A stretch of 64,000 bases of DNA. It comes from Sphyrna mokarran. Lineage: Eukaryota. The notes beneath the pieces were generated by a model. It made no database searches. It was given only the letters and a program-made list of their open reading frames with translations, and was not told where the DNA came from. Below are positions 12,791 to 25,939 of this stretch, piece by piece. The translations under genes and the position numbers were made by a program. The stretch is from the NCBI GenBank assembly GCA_024679065.1, contig JAGIQG010000011.1:45012001-45076000 (forward strand). Direction: 5' to 3'. Position 1 is the first letter of the stretch, and each line of letters begins with the position of its first letter.

Positions 12791-13729
12791 GAGAGAACAG
12801 AGATGCAGGTGGAAAATCCAGGGAGAATCGGGAAATCCAGGTTTCCATTTTTACTGTCCTTTTGTGGATGCCAAAAATCTGATTGCCACCATAATAATGC
12901 TGGACACTGATAGATTCAATTCCAGCTGTCACAAAACCTGGGCCATTGATTTAGAAAAAATGTAAACAGTAGGCAATATAAATGTAAACTGCATAAAGGA
13001 AATCCCGGTTCCCTTAAAAACACAGCTCACAAATAATTTATCCAGTTCATACAGGATATAATATTTTGAAATGGTCATTGAACGTTGACTGTTTTGCTCT
13101 GTAGACACTGCCTAATTATCTGGGTTCTTACAGTGTTTTTTCTTCTTTATCAGCATCTACAGTATTTTGCTTTGGTATTAATATTTTGAGTACTATTACC
13201 TCAAATAGAAAAATGAAGTATGAGAAAAAGTGGTAACGATTAAAAAAGAAAGGAGAAAGCTGAAATGCAGGATGGAAGTCTCAGCATAATGCTAATCTCA
13301 TATCTAGACATTAACTAAACAATTCTATATATACCCAAGTTATTGATGTAGTATCAATGTAGTGCTTTTCTGAATAGCATGTCCATTTTTTACCTCTTAC
13401 TGTCTCTCTTGCTTCTTCCAGGATTTTTCACCCTTTTCATGGGATCCATGTGCCGTTAGTCATGCACCTAGGCCTGACCTACATAAAAAAATCTAAACCC
13501 CGAGCGTTCAGCTCTTTCTCCGCCATTGAATTCGTGGGAGGCCTGAGATTCATTGCTCTTGGAGACGCTGACCACAGAGCTGAAGACAAAGGTTAGATTT
13601 AGTTTAATTAAATTAATTTTTAATCATGTTGAATATTTTTTGGGACGCACTTAGTGAATCTTCATGCACACTAGTGTGCCACGAGACTACTGTAAAGAAT
13701 ACAGGCCCAGGATCCTCAATATTTCCTCC

Positions 13730-14190
13730 GTCCTCTCCTGCCACCTCAGGAATCAGTCCATTGAATCTTCTAAGCAAATATATTCTTTTTTAGGGAAGGA
13801 GACTAAACCTGCACACAATATTCCAGCCAAGATTTCTTTACTCCTGTACTCAAATTCTCTGACAATAATGGCCAACATACTATTTGCCTTTCTAATTTCT
13901 TGTTGCACCTACATGGTAACTTTCAGTGATTTGCAACAAAGACATCCAGGTTCCTTTGGTCTTCCCCATCTTGCACCATTTAAGAAATACTCTGCATTTC
14001 TGTTTTTCCTTCCAAATTGGATAATTACATATGTTTCCACATTATATTCCATCTGTCATGTTCCTTATTCACTTAATATGTCTAAATTCTCTTGAAACCT
14101 CGTAGCACTCTTCTCTTAACTCACACTCCAACCAAGTTTCATGTCAGCAGATAATCTGAAAATATTGTATTTTGTTCCCACATCCAAATT
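13730..14190 (-). mobile_element. CR1-type LINE RT 3' fragment, decayed
   Basis: Reverse-complement CR1 signatures (TGTCAGCAGAT = FADD-like region, AACCTGCACACAATATTCCAG = LEYCVQV). Confidence 0.7.
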
Positions 14191-14214
14191 CTCCCCCGTG
14201 TTAAAAACCCTGCC

Positions 14215-14900
14215 CATGTTAAATGTGAAGGTATCCCAAAATTTAGATGGGGTAACTTGGAACATCAGCTCTTAGAGGTGTATATTTTCAATTTAGTATT
14301 ATATAAGAAAGATATGCAAACCAGACAGGAATCTTGTTGTGATCAATTAAGAAAGAATATTTATTAAAAGAAAATACGCTATTATACACTACAACAGTAC
14401 ATTTAACTAAACTAATGAAACCCCCATTGAAATTCCCCAGACAAGGTAAATCGGAAATACTCCAGCCAGTCTAATAAACTTTACTATTAGTAAATCTCTT
14501 AATACTAGTAAAACCCTACAATTATTAAAAAGCCGAAGATGCGATAGATAAATGAGAAAACATTCACCAACTAAACAACTGTCTGTTTTCCTGTCATGTC
14601 ACACTTGATTTTTCTCAGAACATGGTCAGTTTGTTTTGGAGTGGACTGGATTGAACTGTCCATCTCTTGCACATTTCTCTCAGTGCTGCTGGTTGTCATC
14701 TCACTCACTCCTCGAGGTGCCTGCCTCAATGGCCTCCACAAATTGCAACATATGGCAAAACTCACTGGTCGCTTCCTTTGCAAAGTGGAACTTCTGCAAG
14801 TACTGTTTCTAGGACAATCTGAGGTATGAGCATGTTACCATATGTTTGGTATAAGAATACTGGCAACTAGGTGTCATTATTGTCTGTATGGCCTGGCATC
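14215..14900 (-). mobile_element. Probable LTR fragment
   Basis: Starts TGTTAA, has a minus-strand AATAAA (TTTATT ~14360) and LTR-like composition. Family not identified. Confidence 0.35.
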
Positions 14901-15964
14901 AGATCATTACTCTTCCTTCGTCTTTAAAAAGATACAGAAAATTTATGTGGGGCAAAACATTTCACCATGGGGAGAGTTCGAAGCAATGAAGAAGTTTAGC
15001 TGAGATGGATAAAAAAACAGCCCTGGCATGTAAGGTACAGAGCTGCAACAGCAGTACAAATACAATCAGGATTTTCCCATCCTTTCTATCTGCAGGATCT
15101 TCCAGACCAGCTGAAGTCCATCCCTGGCACTGATTCCCCGGCAGCAGGGCAGACAAGCCATGAAAAATTCTATAGGCTTCCGCAGGGTTGTAAGTTTCTA
15201 CTGGTGGCCAATAGAGAGCTGCCTCCACTGCAGGAAAACCCACCATGAGGAGAGCTCAAAAATCCAGGCCAATATGACAAAAACTGCCAAATCATAATAG
15301 AGAATGGATTTTCTGTAAATTCTTTTACGTGCTAGTCTATCAAATTGATGGCCATTTGCCAATGTTGGAAACATGTTTTACATGAACAAGAACATGTCTT
15401 GGCACAATAGAGATGTTAATGATAAGAAATAACATGTATAGAGTCACCATCTTTCATTTAAATATGTCCATCCTAAAATGGGCAAGTACAATGCTCTCCA
15501 TTGTAATACCAGGCAGACAATGGGATCAGTCCCAAATGGAAAATCTTGGATAAAATGTTTGCAGCCTCTTACTTGATATGCATATGAACTAATTTAGATT
15601 TTGAAGCATTAAGAATGGGTCCAACTGCATTGCAAAATGATGTGACAATTTTGAAAAAAATGCAAGTTGTAATAAACTGCATTTGTGGCAGTAAGTTATA
15701 CCCACTGATGGTTGGCTGACTTGTATACCCCAGTACATTTTCATTATTCTCATTTTAATATGTCCCTCATGTGCTAAGAAATTGGAATGCAGTCATTAAC
15801 AAAGGAAATTCTGGTTGAAGATTGCTGATGGAACAGTAGGTAAGTAGCAAAGTGCTTGACTCACTTTAATCGGTTTTGGATTGGTTGCCTCATAAATATT
15901 ATTGTAATTTTTCAAGAATGAGCAGCTGGTAGAAGGGCATGTGAAAGGTGCAGAGGAATAAGAA

Positions 15965-16110
15965 AGAATGCACAACTTTAACAAGTTGGACCTGCAAACT
16001 CTCCTCGATGACATAAAACAAAGGAAACCCATGTCAAGTAGCATACAAAAAACGTTGTGTGTGTCATTTTGGAGAAAGGACACTGTCAGAGTGTCAATTT
16101 TCACTTTTCC
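15965..16110 (+). mobile_element. Myb/SANT-like gene remnant of a Harbinger element
   Basis: Manual translation MHNFNKLDLQTLLDDIKQRKPMSSSIQKTLCVSFWRK resembles the NF...L..LL..I..RK...W start of Harbinger Myb/SANT-like proteins. Confidence 0.5.
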
Positions 16111-17599
16111 ATGAGTGTCAATTTCCACTCCAGAGCTCTAAGAGATATTTAGAATTGGATGAGGAAACAGGGGTGGGGAGTTAGACTGGGATGCAACAAG
16201 CGGTGGCTAATAAAGGAAGAGGATAGTGGTGCTCATTGGGGTGGTTGTTGAGGTTGCATTTGGACATTGACACATTGTGAGCAGAGATCAGGGGATGCAA
16301 TTGGATGGGGGACAGATGATGGAGAGCTGAGATCAGAGTCAGAGAGATGAGCAGCAGCTGGCAGACACAGTGGTCCATGTAGCTTAAATGTGGAGCATAG
16401 CCCTGTCCCCCTTAGTTCCATTTTCAGGTATGTATATTTTAAAATGTTTCCTTTTAGTCAGCAGCCCACAGCCAACTCTTTAAGGACCGCCTGTTACACC
16501 ACATATGGACCTGGTTTTCCTGAACAAAGCGGCACCAGTGCTCATTGCCTCAAGGCAATCTACATCATGCAGAAGGAGCCTCAAACAGTCATAATGTTCC
16601 TTATTTGCATATGTAAAGAAAATATGTTAGGCGTGAGCTTTTTTTTTTATATACACCAATAAGTTGGGTGGCACACTTCCGGCTTGTAATAGGCATGCAC
16701 TTCCTGGCTGTCATATCTGAGGCTTAATCACTAGAAAAACAGGGACAGTGCCATCAAATGTTTGTGTCCTGCCCTGAACAGATAAGTCCTTATTTCTCTT
16801 AAGGCTCCATAGGGTAAAGTCTGTTCCATTTCCCATCTGACTCCTTCCATCCCTGACTTAGCTACCATTGTGTGCTAATCCTTTGCAAACCTACTGCATT
16901 CCACTCTCAATAATAAACTACGTTCCATTTCTCCCTGTTTTCTCCGCCAGTTCTCAACTGAATAGAGACCATCGGATATCTATATAAAAAAGCCATATTT
17001 TACAAAATTTCAATTACTTTTTAAAAATCTCAATGATGATTGATCATAAACTAGTCTTGGGGTGGGGAGGTCAGGGTTTGCTACAAGATAAGGCCCCACA
17101 TTCACACTGTTTTGGAAGCCATAATGCTTTCACAGAAAATATCACAGAGCAACATAAGGAATTGCAGTGAACAAGTATATTTTTGTTAAATACGCAATAA
17201 AAAGTACTTGTATCTAAATACACAATGCCTTCATAAACTTTTGAAATTAATGTATTCCCAATTATGCAATGACTTTATAAAATAGATCGGGATTCTGAAA
17301 TAACAATTTTAAAAAAGTGTTTACATTTTCCTTGCCCTTTGTTATTATGATTTTGGTCAAGTTTAGTTAAAAGTTTGTGTAATAATTGAAAATTTTTGCA
17401 GCAGCATATACTGCAACAAAAATAACTGACTGTGAAGATGTAGATAATAACAAGCTATTCCAATTGTTAGAAAATCAGTAGGTAGTATTCTTCACTTTGC
17501 TGCCTTTTTTTCTTATCAGATAAATCAATACCATACTTTATTGCAAAAAGCCAAAGACAAAAACAAAAACAGCCACCCAGAATAAGTAAAAGCTATCTC

Positions 17600-18950
17600 A
17601 TTATTTGTGACTTAAAAAAAAACAACTAGGGCATGTTTCACAATCAATTGTGAGACCAAATGCATTTTTCTGAATAGAAAATTAACACACTTTCAAAGCA
17701 GGCAACTTGAAACAGAGAAGGTGCCAACTGCAGTTTGAGGGTATCTGAATGTGGTATATGCTGGTTTATGGTAAAGAGTTAACTTGTAGACAAAAAGGGA
17801 AGGGAGGTCGGCACCCAGCAGCCACTTGAATGTGAGTTTTTTTTTGTTTCCCTTGATGCATACCGAGCTCTCCGTTATTAGTCTTAATGATGGAAAATTG
17901 TAGTGTTGATACAAATCTTTTTTTTAAAGCAATGGGCGGGAGCTCCATTTGTTAGTAAGTTCTTTGTGACTGAAAGCCATGGATTGTACATCTACTGCAG
18001 AAAAGGCTGGATGCTCTTTCCATAGCACAGCTAATTACTCCCACTGTGACCTTGCTGATCTGCAATGTCCCCCCCTACATCTCATCTACACGCCTGCTTC
18101 TGTGTGTGCATGGTGTCAGAGAATATGAAAAACCATATAATGAAAGCAGTTTCATGATGGATAAAAGGCTACTGGAGTTGCACTTGGTACAAAGGAGGTT
18201 CAATTATATGAGTAATTGTGATAATTTAGCCCATTCATAGACCCTTACTTGATCAAGAATGAGACTCACAAAGGAAAATTACTTTAACAGGAAAGTAGGG
18301 AGAGGGGGGATGAAGAGGGAAGGAGGGGGAGAGGGGCTGCAGAGAGAAAAACAAGATGGAACAAGAAAATAGATATACAGAGGGAAGGAGAACCAGACAC
18401 AGTACAACAGAGATGTGATAAAAGCTGACATGCAGCTGTGTTACACAATTAAATTCAATTTTTTTTAAGCAATTGATGAATGCAACTACTGCAAATGTGC
18501 CTCAGTTAGCTATCATTTGTTGTTCCGTGACAGGAAAAGGATAATTACCTCTCAAAGTGAATCAAAAGACTGACATGCCCTTTAGACACAGTCATGAATG
18601 CAGAGCTCGATAGAATGCTTGAATAAGAATTCTGGAGCTTTCTTTTCCTTTATCACTGAACAAATTTTGTTAGATATAATGTAAGAACACCACCAGCAGA
18701 TGCATTAAACCCTGGGAGTTCTAAGACACTAAGTAGCTTTATCTTTTAACTCTTCCAATCTGTAAAATAAAGCTGCATTTGCATTTAATTTCAATTCTAT
18801 CTGAGGATAGTTTTATATAGGCTAAATTTCTTTCTCTCAGGAGTGGCTTGATCTAGCAGATGCTGTGGCAGATTAAATTTTAATAACTGTAATAACATAC
18901 ACCCACTGTATGCTACCAGAACCCATACAAGACATTCATTTGTAACAACA
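17600..18950. promoter_or_regulatory. Candidate URE2 (Dlx1/2 forebrain enhancer) conserved non-coding block in METAP1D intron 6
   Basis: Unique, repeat-free sequence 0.6-1.9 kb past exon 6 with clustered TAAT/TAATT homeodomain cores and an E-box CAGCTG. Position matches the known location of URE2 in Metap1d intron 6. Identity inferred from position, not alignment. Confidence 0.55.
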
Positions 18951-19504
18951 TGAAATTCCCAATCATATTGTTATTGGTACAAATGAAAATTAAATTAACA
19001 TAACTGATGCTGCTGTAAATTTTCTCCTGTTTTGTTATGAAAGATCAGATTAATAATACAATTCTAAATTATTTTGTTTTAAATAATTTCCCATTTGACG
19101 CTTTTTAAAAAAAGTTTGTAGCTGCTCTCCACTAAATGGTAAGAATGTAATATTCAGAAATTATATGTGTTACAGGCTTTATTTGACTTTACACAGTACC
19201 TAGATGTCTTTTCAGAGAATTTTTTCGTTTAGAGAAGCACAAAATATATACACACAAGCATTGAAAACTAAACAGTAGGTAAGTGCAAGGTACCTTATAC
19301 ACCTCCTACTCTTACTATACTGACTGAGTCACTTTAGGTAATCTTCCTTGCTCAGGGAATAACATTATTGTCTGGCAGTTCAAATACTCCTATCAGACTG
19401 AAATGATGACCTCGTGTCATAAAACATGTTATCAACTTTATTCCACACCACCAATAACCTCTGTCCCATTAGATTTCCCCCATGCCTGTCAGTACAAGAC
19501 TTAC

Positions 19505-19668
19505 CTGATTGTATTTCCAATTACATTCAGTGGTGCTCCTGGCCTACAAACAGCAATTGCTTCATTTCTGCATCTTCTGGCAACCTCCACCAGCTTTTGC
19601 CCTGATTTATCCACATTTCCGACTAAGAATGTTTCAGAGGTGTCACCATGGTATCCATTGAAATACAC
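19505..19668 (-). CDS. METAP1D: METAP1D coding exon (exon 6)
   Basis: VYFNGYHGDTSETFLVGNVDKSGQKLVEVARRCRNEAIAVCRPGAPLNVIGNTI(S) with the second metal-ligand Asp (HGDT). AG acceptor, AG|GTAAGT donor, 164 bp. Confidence 0.97.
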
Positions 19669-21031
19669 CTTTCAACCAAAAATCAATATTTAGCAAAAAT
19701 AAGCTTCTGTTAATAATTTATTTTTAAATGAACATTTAAGGATTTATAAACACAATGATGGATTTAAACATGGCTCAAAGTAATAACTTTCAAGAAGGAT
19801 GGAAACATCATTCAAAGATTGACATAGTCAGATTTACAAGAGACAGAAAGTCAGCTATATTATTCCCATCTCTACACACTGCCCACAACTCTTTCTTCCT
19901 GAATTCCCAGGGGATTCAGTTATTACTTCTATGGTCAGCTTTCAATGATTTATAGAAATATACAGAGCTTGATATTGTTTCACTGAATGAATGAGAAATG
20001 TAACATATGTGTCGTATTATTCTCTGTACATACATACCTTTTTCTCTGCACATATATATCCTATAGAATTATTTATCACATTTTGTATTACTTCTTTTTA
20101 AACATAAATTTTAACTTCAAGTAATTTAACCCAGATGTTTTAGCTGAACCGTTTGTGTCCATGACAATAAATAATTGTGAATCAAAAGGCAATCAATTCA
20201 TTTTCTGTCATGTAAATGCGCTGGCTATATGGTGCAAAACAATTGCATTTATATCATCTCAGAATTTTAAAACTAATTTTAACAACACATTAAAATGAAA
20301 AGGGAAAGATGAAATTATGTAACAGAATAGATTTAATATTGCCATCCAAGTGTTTATTCTAAAGAAAAATGCAAAAGATCAAGTTAAGAAAATTGGGTTT
20401 TTTTTGTTTATCTTTCGAGTCCAACCTACACATAATTATAATTGCATTACACTTGGAGCAGGGTGGCTCAATCAGATTTTAATAAACAAGGAAGATATTG
20501 GTAGCAACAGTATTACTGTCCTAGGAGACTGACACATACAAGCTATGGCTGTCACTGAAGCCTATAATGACAGAGTATGATAATCACAGACCCCACTCAG
20601 AATCAGCAGGAACAGGAAGATCAAACTCTGCAGAGTGAAGGGAAAAATGCCAGGCTTCTGCACATTAGCTCATCTCTCACATTCATCCAAAGAAGCCTCC
20701 CAATACTGCAGTGCTCTGCATTAACTACACAGTGGATCAATAACAATTACACCTTCTCAAGGGGACGACATGTAGCAGGATTGAGATGACATATCACTCT
20801 GCCTTACATTGATCTCAGTGCATCTAACCTCATCCCCAAAATTCTACACAAACCTGGCTTGAACAGGAATAAATAGAAAGGAAGAGGAAGGGGAAGCAGC
20901 TGCTCTTTCTTGCCCAGAAGTGAATTATACGCCCATCTGTACATTTCACATTCTCATCCAGAGTTTTTCCTGTTGCTGCTGGGGATCAAAATGCTGATCA
21001 AAGCCTCATTAGTTTCAGACAAAATACTTAC

Positions 21032-21074
21032 TGTGACATCAATGTTGATAATGTCTCCATTTTGAAGGGGCTGA
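21032..21074 (-). CDS. METAP1D: METAP1D coding exon (exon 5)
   Basis: (S)QPLQNGDIINIDVT with a metal-ligand Asp. TTTCTAG acceptor, GTAAGT donor, 43 bp, phase compatible with neighbours. Confidence 0.96.
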
Positions 21075-22203
21075 CTAGAAAGATAAACATTAAGAAACCA
21101 TAAGAGAAAATTTTGTACAAATCAGCATAATAAACAGGTTAATGGTAGTAGATTAGAATAGCCCAGCAATTATTTATATTGAATGATTACATTAAATTGT
21201 AAGAATATCAAATGATACGAAAAAACAATACAAACTCTGACGTTTTCTTTGGTATTTCATTAAAGCAACAATTTTCTGTAGTATGGCTATACATATATTA
21301 TTTGTATTCAGACTTGCAGCTCTAAAAAGAAATCTGAATACGCCATTCATGCCAGCACTGCAAAAATATACAGGTTTGTTCAAAAGTCTGTATTAAGCTT
21401 TGAGAAAATAATACCACTGAAAAAAAATACAGAGTAGAAATGTTAAATATAAGCATTTTATCTGCGCTTTAGAATCTTACGTTATAGTTAAAGAATGAAT
21501 TAAATGAAAGGAATTAAAAGAAAGTTAAGCAGTACTTCACAAACATTGATCTTTCTGATTATTCAGAGCTCTTTTCAAATTATTACAATACATTTCTGAC
21601 ACACTAGAAACTATCAAAAAGTTTATATTGTATTCTGCTTCGTGACAAAACACTGGAAATTGAGTAAAATTATAATTATGTGTTTCCTCCTCTCAAGCTG
21701 CACATAGCTCTGATGAATCCACTGAACATCCAATTTACATATATTAAAATCATATAATGCTTCCAAAACTGAAAAATTAGAAGCAAAAAAAAATCAAGCA
21801 ACCACTATCAGTCTGCTGCCCTTACAGTTGAGGTTCACAGTTCATACCAGCAAAGAAGAAGCAAAGGACAATATTCACAATTTATATTAAGACCACAGTG
21901 TTGCCACATACATGAGGAAGATTAAGTTCTGCTGAGGGAGCAAGCTTTATTTGAGTAATAACAAAATATTCTCATATTATGCTCTTGAAATGCTCTCAAT
22001 CATTAATCCTTCCAGATTACTGGCATATTTTTCCTAATCATCGATAAATGTGAATAGATTTCAGGCAGACCACCAGAGGAATAATTTTATTTCAGGAAAT
22101 AGACCTGCAGTATAATTGAAAATTGGGAATTTTTGCCACAGATAGGAGTTTGTAATGGAATATATGAACATGGATAAACAGAAAAAAGTTCTTTGGTCTA
22201 TTC

Positions 22204-22930
22204 AGAGCAGAATTTTCACAAAAGTTGACAATGTTCAGGCTGAAAACTGGTGCATTTCTCCCCAGAGAAATAAGCAGGGTTTTTCTATCCAGATCCCCCT
22301 ACGCTTTGCCATTTTAAAATAGAGCAGCATGTTTTATGACATCACTGACACGGGCATGTCCTAAAGGCGATAGCACACCCTGCTCTACAGAGATCAGGAC
22401 CCTTTTTAACAGGTACTCCAATTTCAAAGCTACTTTAAAGACTCCTCTCCCCCATCATCACTGGCATCATGATCCCCCCACCATTCAAACTGCCTGCATG
22501 GGTCTTTGAATCATTGACCCTTCTATCCTTCTGCCTGATGCCTGGACTTCAGGGCGTCAATATCTACCCCCTCCCCCACCCGCCCCAAATTCCACTGTAG
22601 GCCCCATCTCCTGGCACTGCTAGGGGGCGGTGCCTTTTGTCTCTGATCATCCATTTGCTACACTGGTCCCTGAGCCAAAGGTATGGTCAATATGTATGGA
22701 GGCCAGTAGTGATCCAGCTGCATAATATCACGCCAGCAGGTGGAAAAATATGACATTCCCAGAAGATACAGCATTAAGCCGGTTTTGAATAATTAATGAA
22801 TGGCAATCAGGTTCACGCCCTCTCTGAGTGTGAAGCTGATGATGTCACCAGTAGAGGCTAGGAAGATCTCATTTTGTGATCTCTCCACAGAAATCCCATT
22901 ATGACCCTCTCTTGAGGGTTTCCAGCCATA
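22204..22930. mobile_element. Harbinger-type non-autonomous element
   Basis: Starts AGAGCAGAATTTTC, GC-rich decayed interior with GGCACTGC..GGGGGC motifs shared with similar elements at ~42600 and ~51000. Confidence 0.5.
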
Positions 22931-24082
22931 AGGATATTTGCAACTGTGTTAAATGGGACCAGAAAGTTGCTTCCTCATTGTCTCACACAACTGCAATATC
23001 TTGCATTCATAATATATAGACTGATTGCTAGATTGAAAGCATGTGATTTCCAGGGACTAAGAGTGTTATCAACTCAGGTTGAATACATTCCTGGAGGTTT
23101 CATCACATTCCCTCCTGTTAATAATTGCCCTATCCCACAAACACCTGACACTGGTCACCCTACACATCCATCCTTATGGTACATTACTTTCCCACTAAAG
23201 ACTGTGGTTCTATTTACGTAAAATTTGCTTGTTCTGTATCTGCATACTTTTCTCCTCTCCCCGCCCCCACTATTCCCCTAAATGAATATTGGAAGGAATA
23301 CCAGGCCAATTATCAACTGTTAGACTGTACAATATATGCTTAGTCCACAGCTAACATGTTCTGGAGTAGGTTTGAAACCGGAACTTCAGCCTCAGAGACG
23401 GAGCATTATCCATCTAGTCCCATAACCTCTTACACGTACAATGCTTATGAAGTGAGAGAAGGAAGAAAAATGTAAAGATGAAAAATCCCAGAAACAACTG
23501 GATGCATACAACTAGTGCAGTAGAAACAAAAGCTTAAATGGAAAATTTTCACTCAAACCTTTGGGTGATAACAACATATCTTTATGTTAAAGCAACTATA
23601 TCACGGAAATAAAAGGTTCCCATACAAACTGATGACTTATTTTTTCTCTTTACAGAAAATGGCACAGCTGTGAAGTGTTCCCTGCAAATATTGTCTTCAT
23701 TTACATATTTCTTTTTCTAATACTGAAATTAAATACTGTAATTTATGGTTTATCGGGCAATCTGGCATATACCACAATCTCATTTTTCAGGCCCCAAAAA
23801 TTATGTATCGGTGTGCACTTGGCATAAGTTCTTTTCAACCATGATATGCTATACTCGCATTAGTGGTCAAACTCAATCTTTCATTCCACAAATACATCTT
23901 TTACTTACTGGTATCTTATAATCTGGCGCAAGGGCCCAAACAGGTGATACGGGCTGCATTTCAAAAATGTGTGGGATTTTAAGGCACACCTTACTCTTTG
24001 CACCAGATGTCAATGACCTTTCAAAATCCCCCACACCTCTGGTTCACTTTTATATTTGCCATGTAAGCTAATTCCCATTTTT

Positions 24083-24372
24083 CATAGAATCCCGACAGTG
24101 CAGAAAGAGGCCATTCAGTCAATCGAGTCTGCACCAACCACAATCCCACTCAGCCTAATTTCTGTAACTCCACATATTTACCCCGCTAACCCCTGACACT
24201 AGGGTCAATTCAGCTTGGCCAATCAATCTAACCCACACGTCATTGGTCGGAAACTGAAGCATCCGGAGGAAACCCACACAGACACATGGAGAACGTCCAA
24301 ATTTTACACAGACAGTCATTTGAGGCCAGAATCGAACCTGGGTCCATGGCGCTGTGAGGCAGCAGTGCTAGC
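24083..24372 (-). mobile_element. HE1-type SINE
   Basis: ATCGAACCTGGG (reverse B box), GCTGTGAGGCAGCAGTGCTA head, CATAGAATCCC..CAGTGCAGAAAGAGGCC tail. Confidence 0.85.
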
Positions 24373-24509
24373 CACCCCAAAGGAATTTAAAGCTTTAAGG
24401 GTCAACTTGTGTGCCAGTGATTTACATGTTAATATTGATGGGGAATACAATGTTTAGACCTTCAGTGCTTTCAAAAATCCAAGAATAAGATTAATTGAAT
24501 AAACCATAC

Positions 24510-24658
24510 CTGTCAGGTATGCCATGACATACCACATTGTTCACAGAAGTGCAAACAGACTTTGGAAATCCTCCATAGCCCAATGGTGATGGGTATGCAT
24601 TATTTCTGATTGTTTCATGATGAACAATGTAATCCAATTGCTCAGTTGTCATGCCAAC
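24510..24658 (-). CDS. METAP1D: METAP1D coding exon (exon 4)
   Basis: [49 protein letters not shown](S), containing the MetAP type I motif SVN..CHGIP. TAG acceptor, AG|GTATGG donor, 149 bp. Confidence 0.97.
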
Positions 24659-25789
24659 CTAGGAAAGTAAAAAATAATACAATGGAGGAAATGCCACTAT
24701 CAATGTTCTATATTTTAACATGTGCCTTCTATTAACTAAAGCCAGAAAAAATACGAAAACTGATTCTTATTGCCATACTAAATTGGGTTTTATCATTGTA
24801 GACTGTTTTAAAGGAGGATACAAAATGCAGCTGGTCTTATTAACTATAGTAATAAACTCATATCGTGTGCTTCTCAGTTATAGGTGCCTAAGTAGAAATG
24901 TGAATCTGCAAACCAATATTGGCTTTAGTTTGAAATGATGCAGAAGCATTCAAAATTAAAGAATCTGAGTTTCTTTATTATATGTGACATGCTGACAGTT
25001 ATTATGACATTATAAAGTGTTAAAATACATTAATTATGTTATAATGGAATTGATACTAAAACTCAAACTGAACCATAGTATTGCAAAAACTAGATATCCT
25101 TAATCCAGAATGCTGAATTTAGAATTTAAGCTATGTTTCTTGTATGGTTTGATGTAAATATTTTTCCCTCAAGTTGTGACTTTACCTGAAAATCTTTAGT
25201 TAAGAGGTCAGATGAAGATAGTTTAGAAAACTGAAGTATCAAATTAATTTCTACTTAAATATTAGTGATTAGAACACAGTATCCAGCCAAAATAATGAAA
25301 CTGAATGTATGTGTTATATGATGTGCCACCAATTGATTTTCCACTTAGATTTGAATTATGCCCAAGTAATTATTAGGGTAATAAAAGCTTAAAAACTGTA
25401 CACTAATTCTTATTTGGCAATATTTATCATTTCAAAGAAAAAAATGAAATGACCACCAATGTCCTTTATGAAACTTTTAAAAACGTGTTCTTGCTTTATA
25501 ATCAAATATCTGTAAGAAAAATGAAAGTAGTTAACTTTTGCTGTTCATCTAGAAACTGTTGAAATACTATTCCATTATTAGTGAAGTCTGTACTTGTTTT
25601 GTAACTTGAAACCTTTCAAAATAATTTAACTGCAAATTAAATGAATGGTTAAAACATTAGAACAAGTTTGTTAAGTCAAAATATCTAACTGCCACAATTA
25701 TAATAATGACAGAGAAATGGAGCATGAAGACACAGCCAAAATTGTTAAAATAGTTCTTTTCAGTTAACCTTTTCAACAACAAACATTAC

Positions 25790-25939
25790 CTTTAAACTCT
25801 TTCCAGCCAAGAGGAGGATATGGCGAGCCAACTGACAGGCTTGTTGAAGACCCTGAATCTGATCTTCATCTTTAATTTCGATGTAGTCTCCCCAGTCTGG
25901 TATAATGCCTGTCGTCACATAGTCTGGCTTCTTTATGTG
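25790..25939 (-). CDS. METAP1D: METAP1D coding exon (exon 3)
   Basis: HIKKPDYVTTGIIPDWGDYIEIKDEDQIQGLQQACQLARHILLLAGKSLK (inside ORF 25760..26023). Polypyrimidine tract plus AG acceptor, AAG|GTAATG donor, 150 bp. Confidence 0.97.

Noticed and set aside
13664-14095. 143-aa plus-strand ORF
   Set aside because: Antisense read-through of a decayed CR1 fragment.
1-19504. METAP1D exons 7-10 (GHGIG, FTIEP, SAQFEHT motifs)
   Set aside because: Not found by eye on the minus strand. They probably lie beyond the window start, so no evidence of pseudogenisation is claimed.
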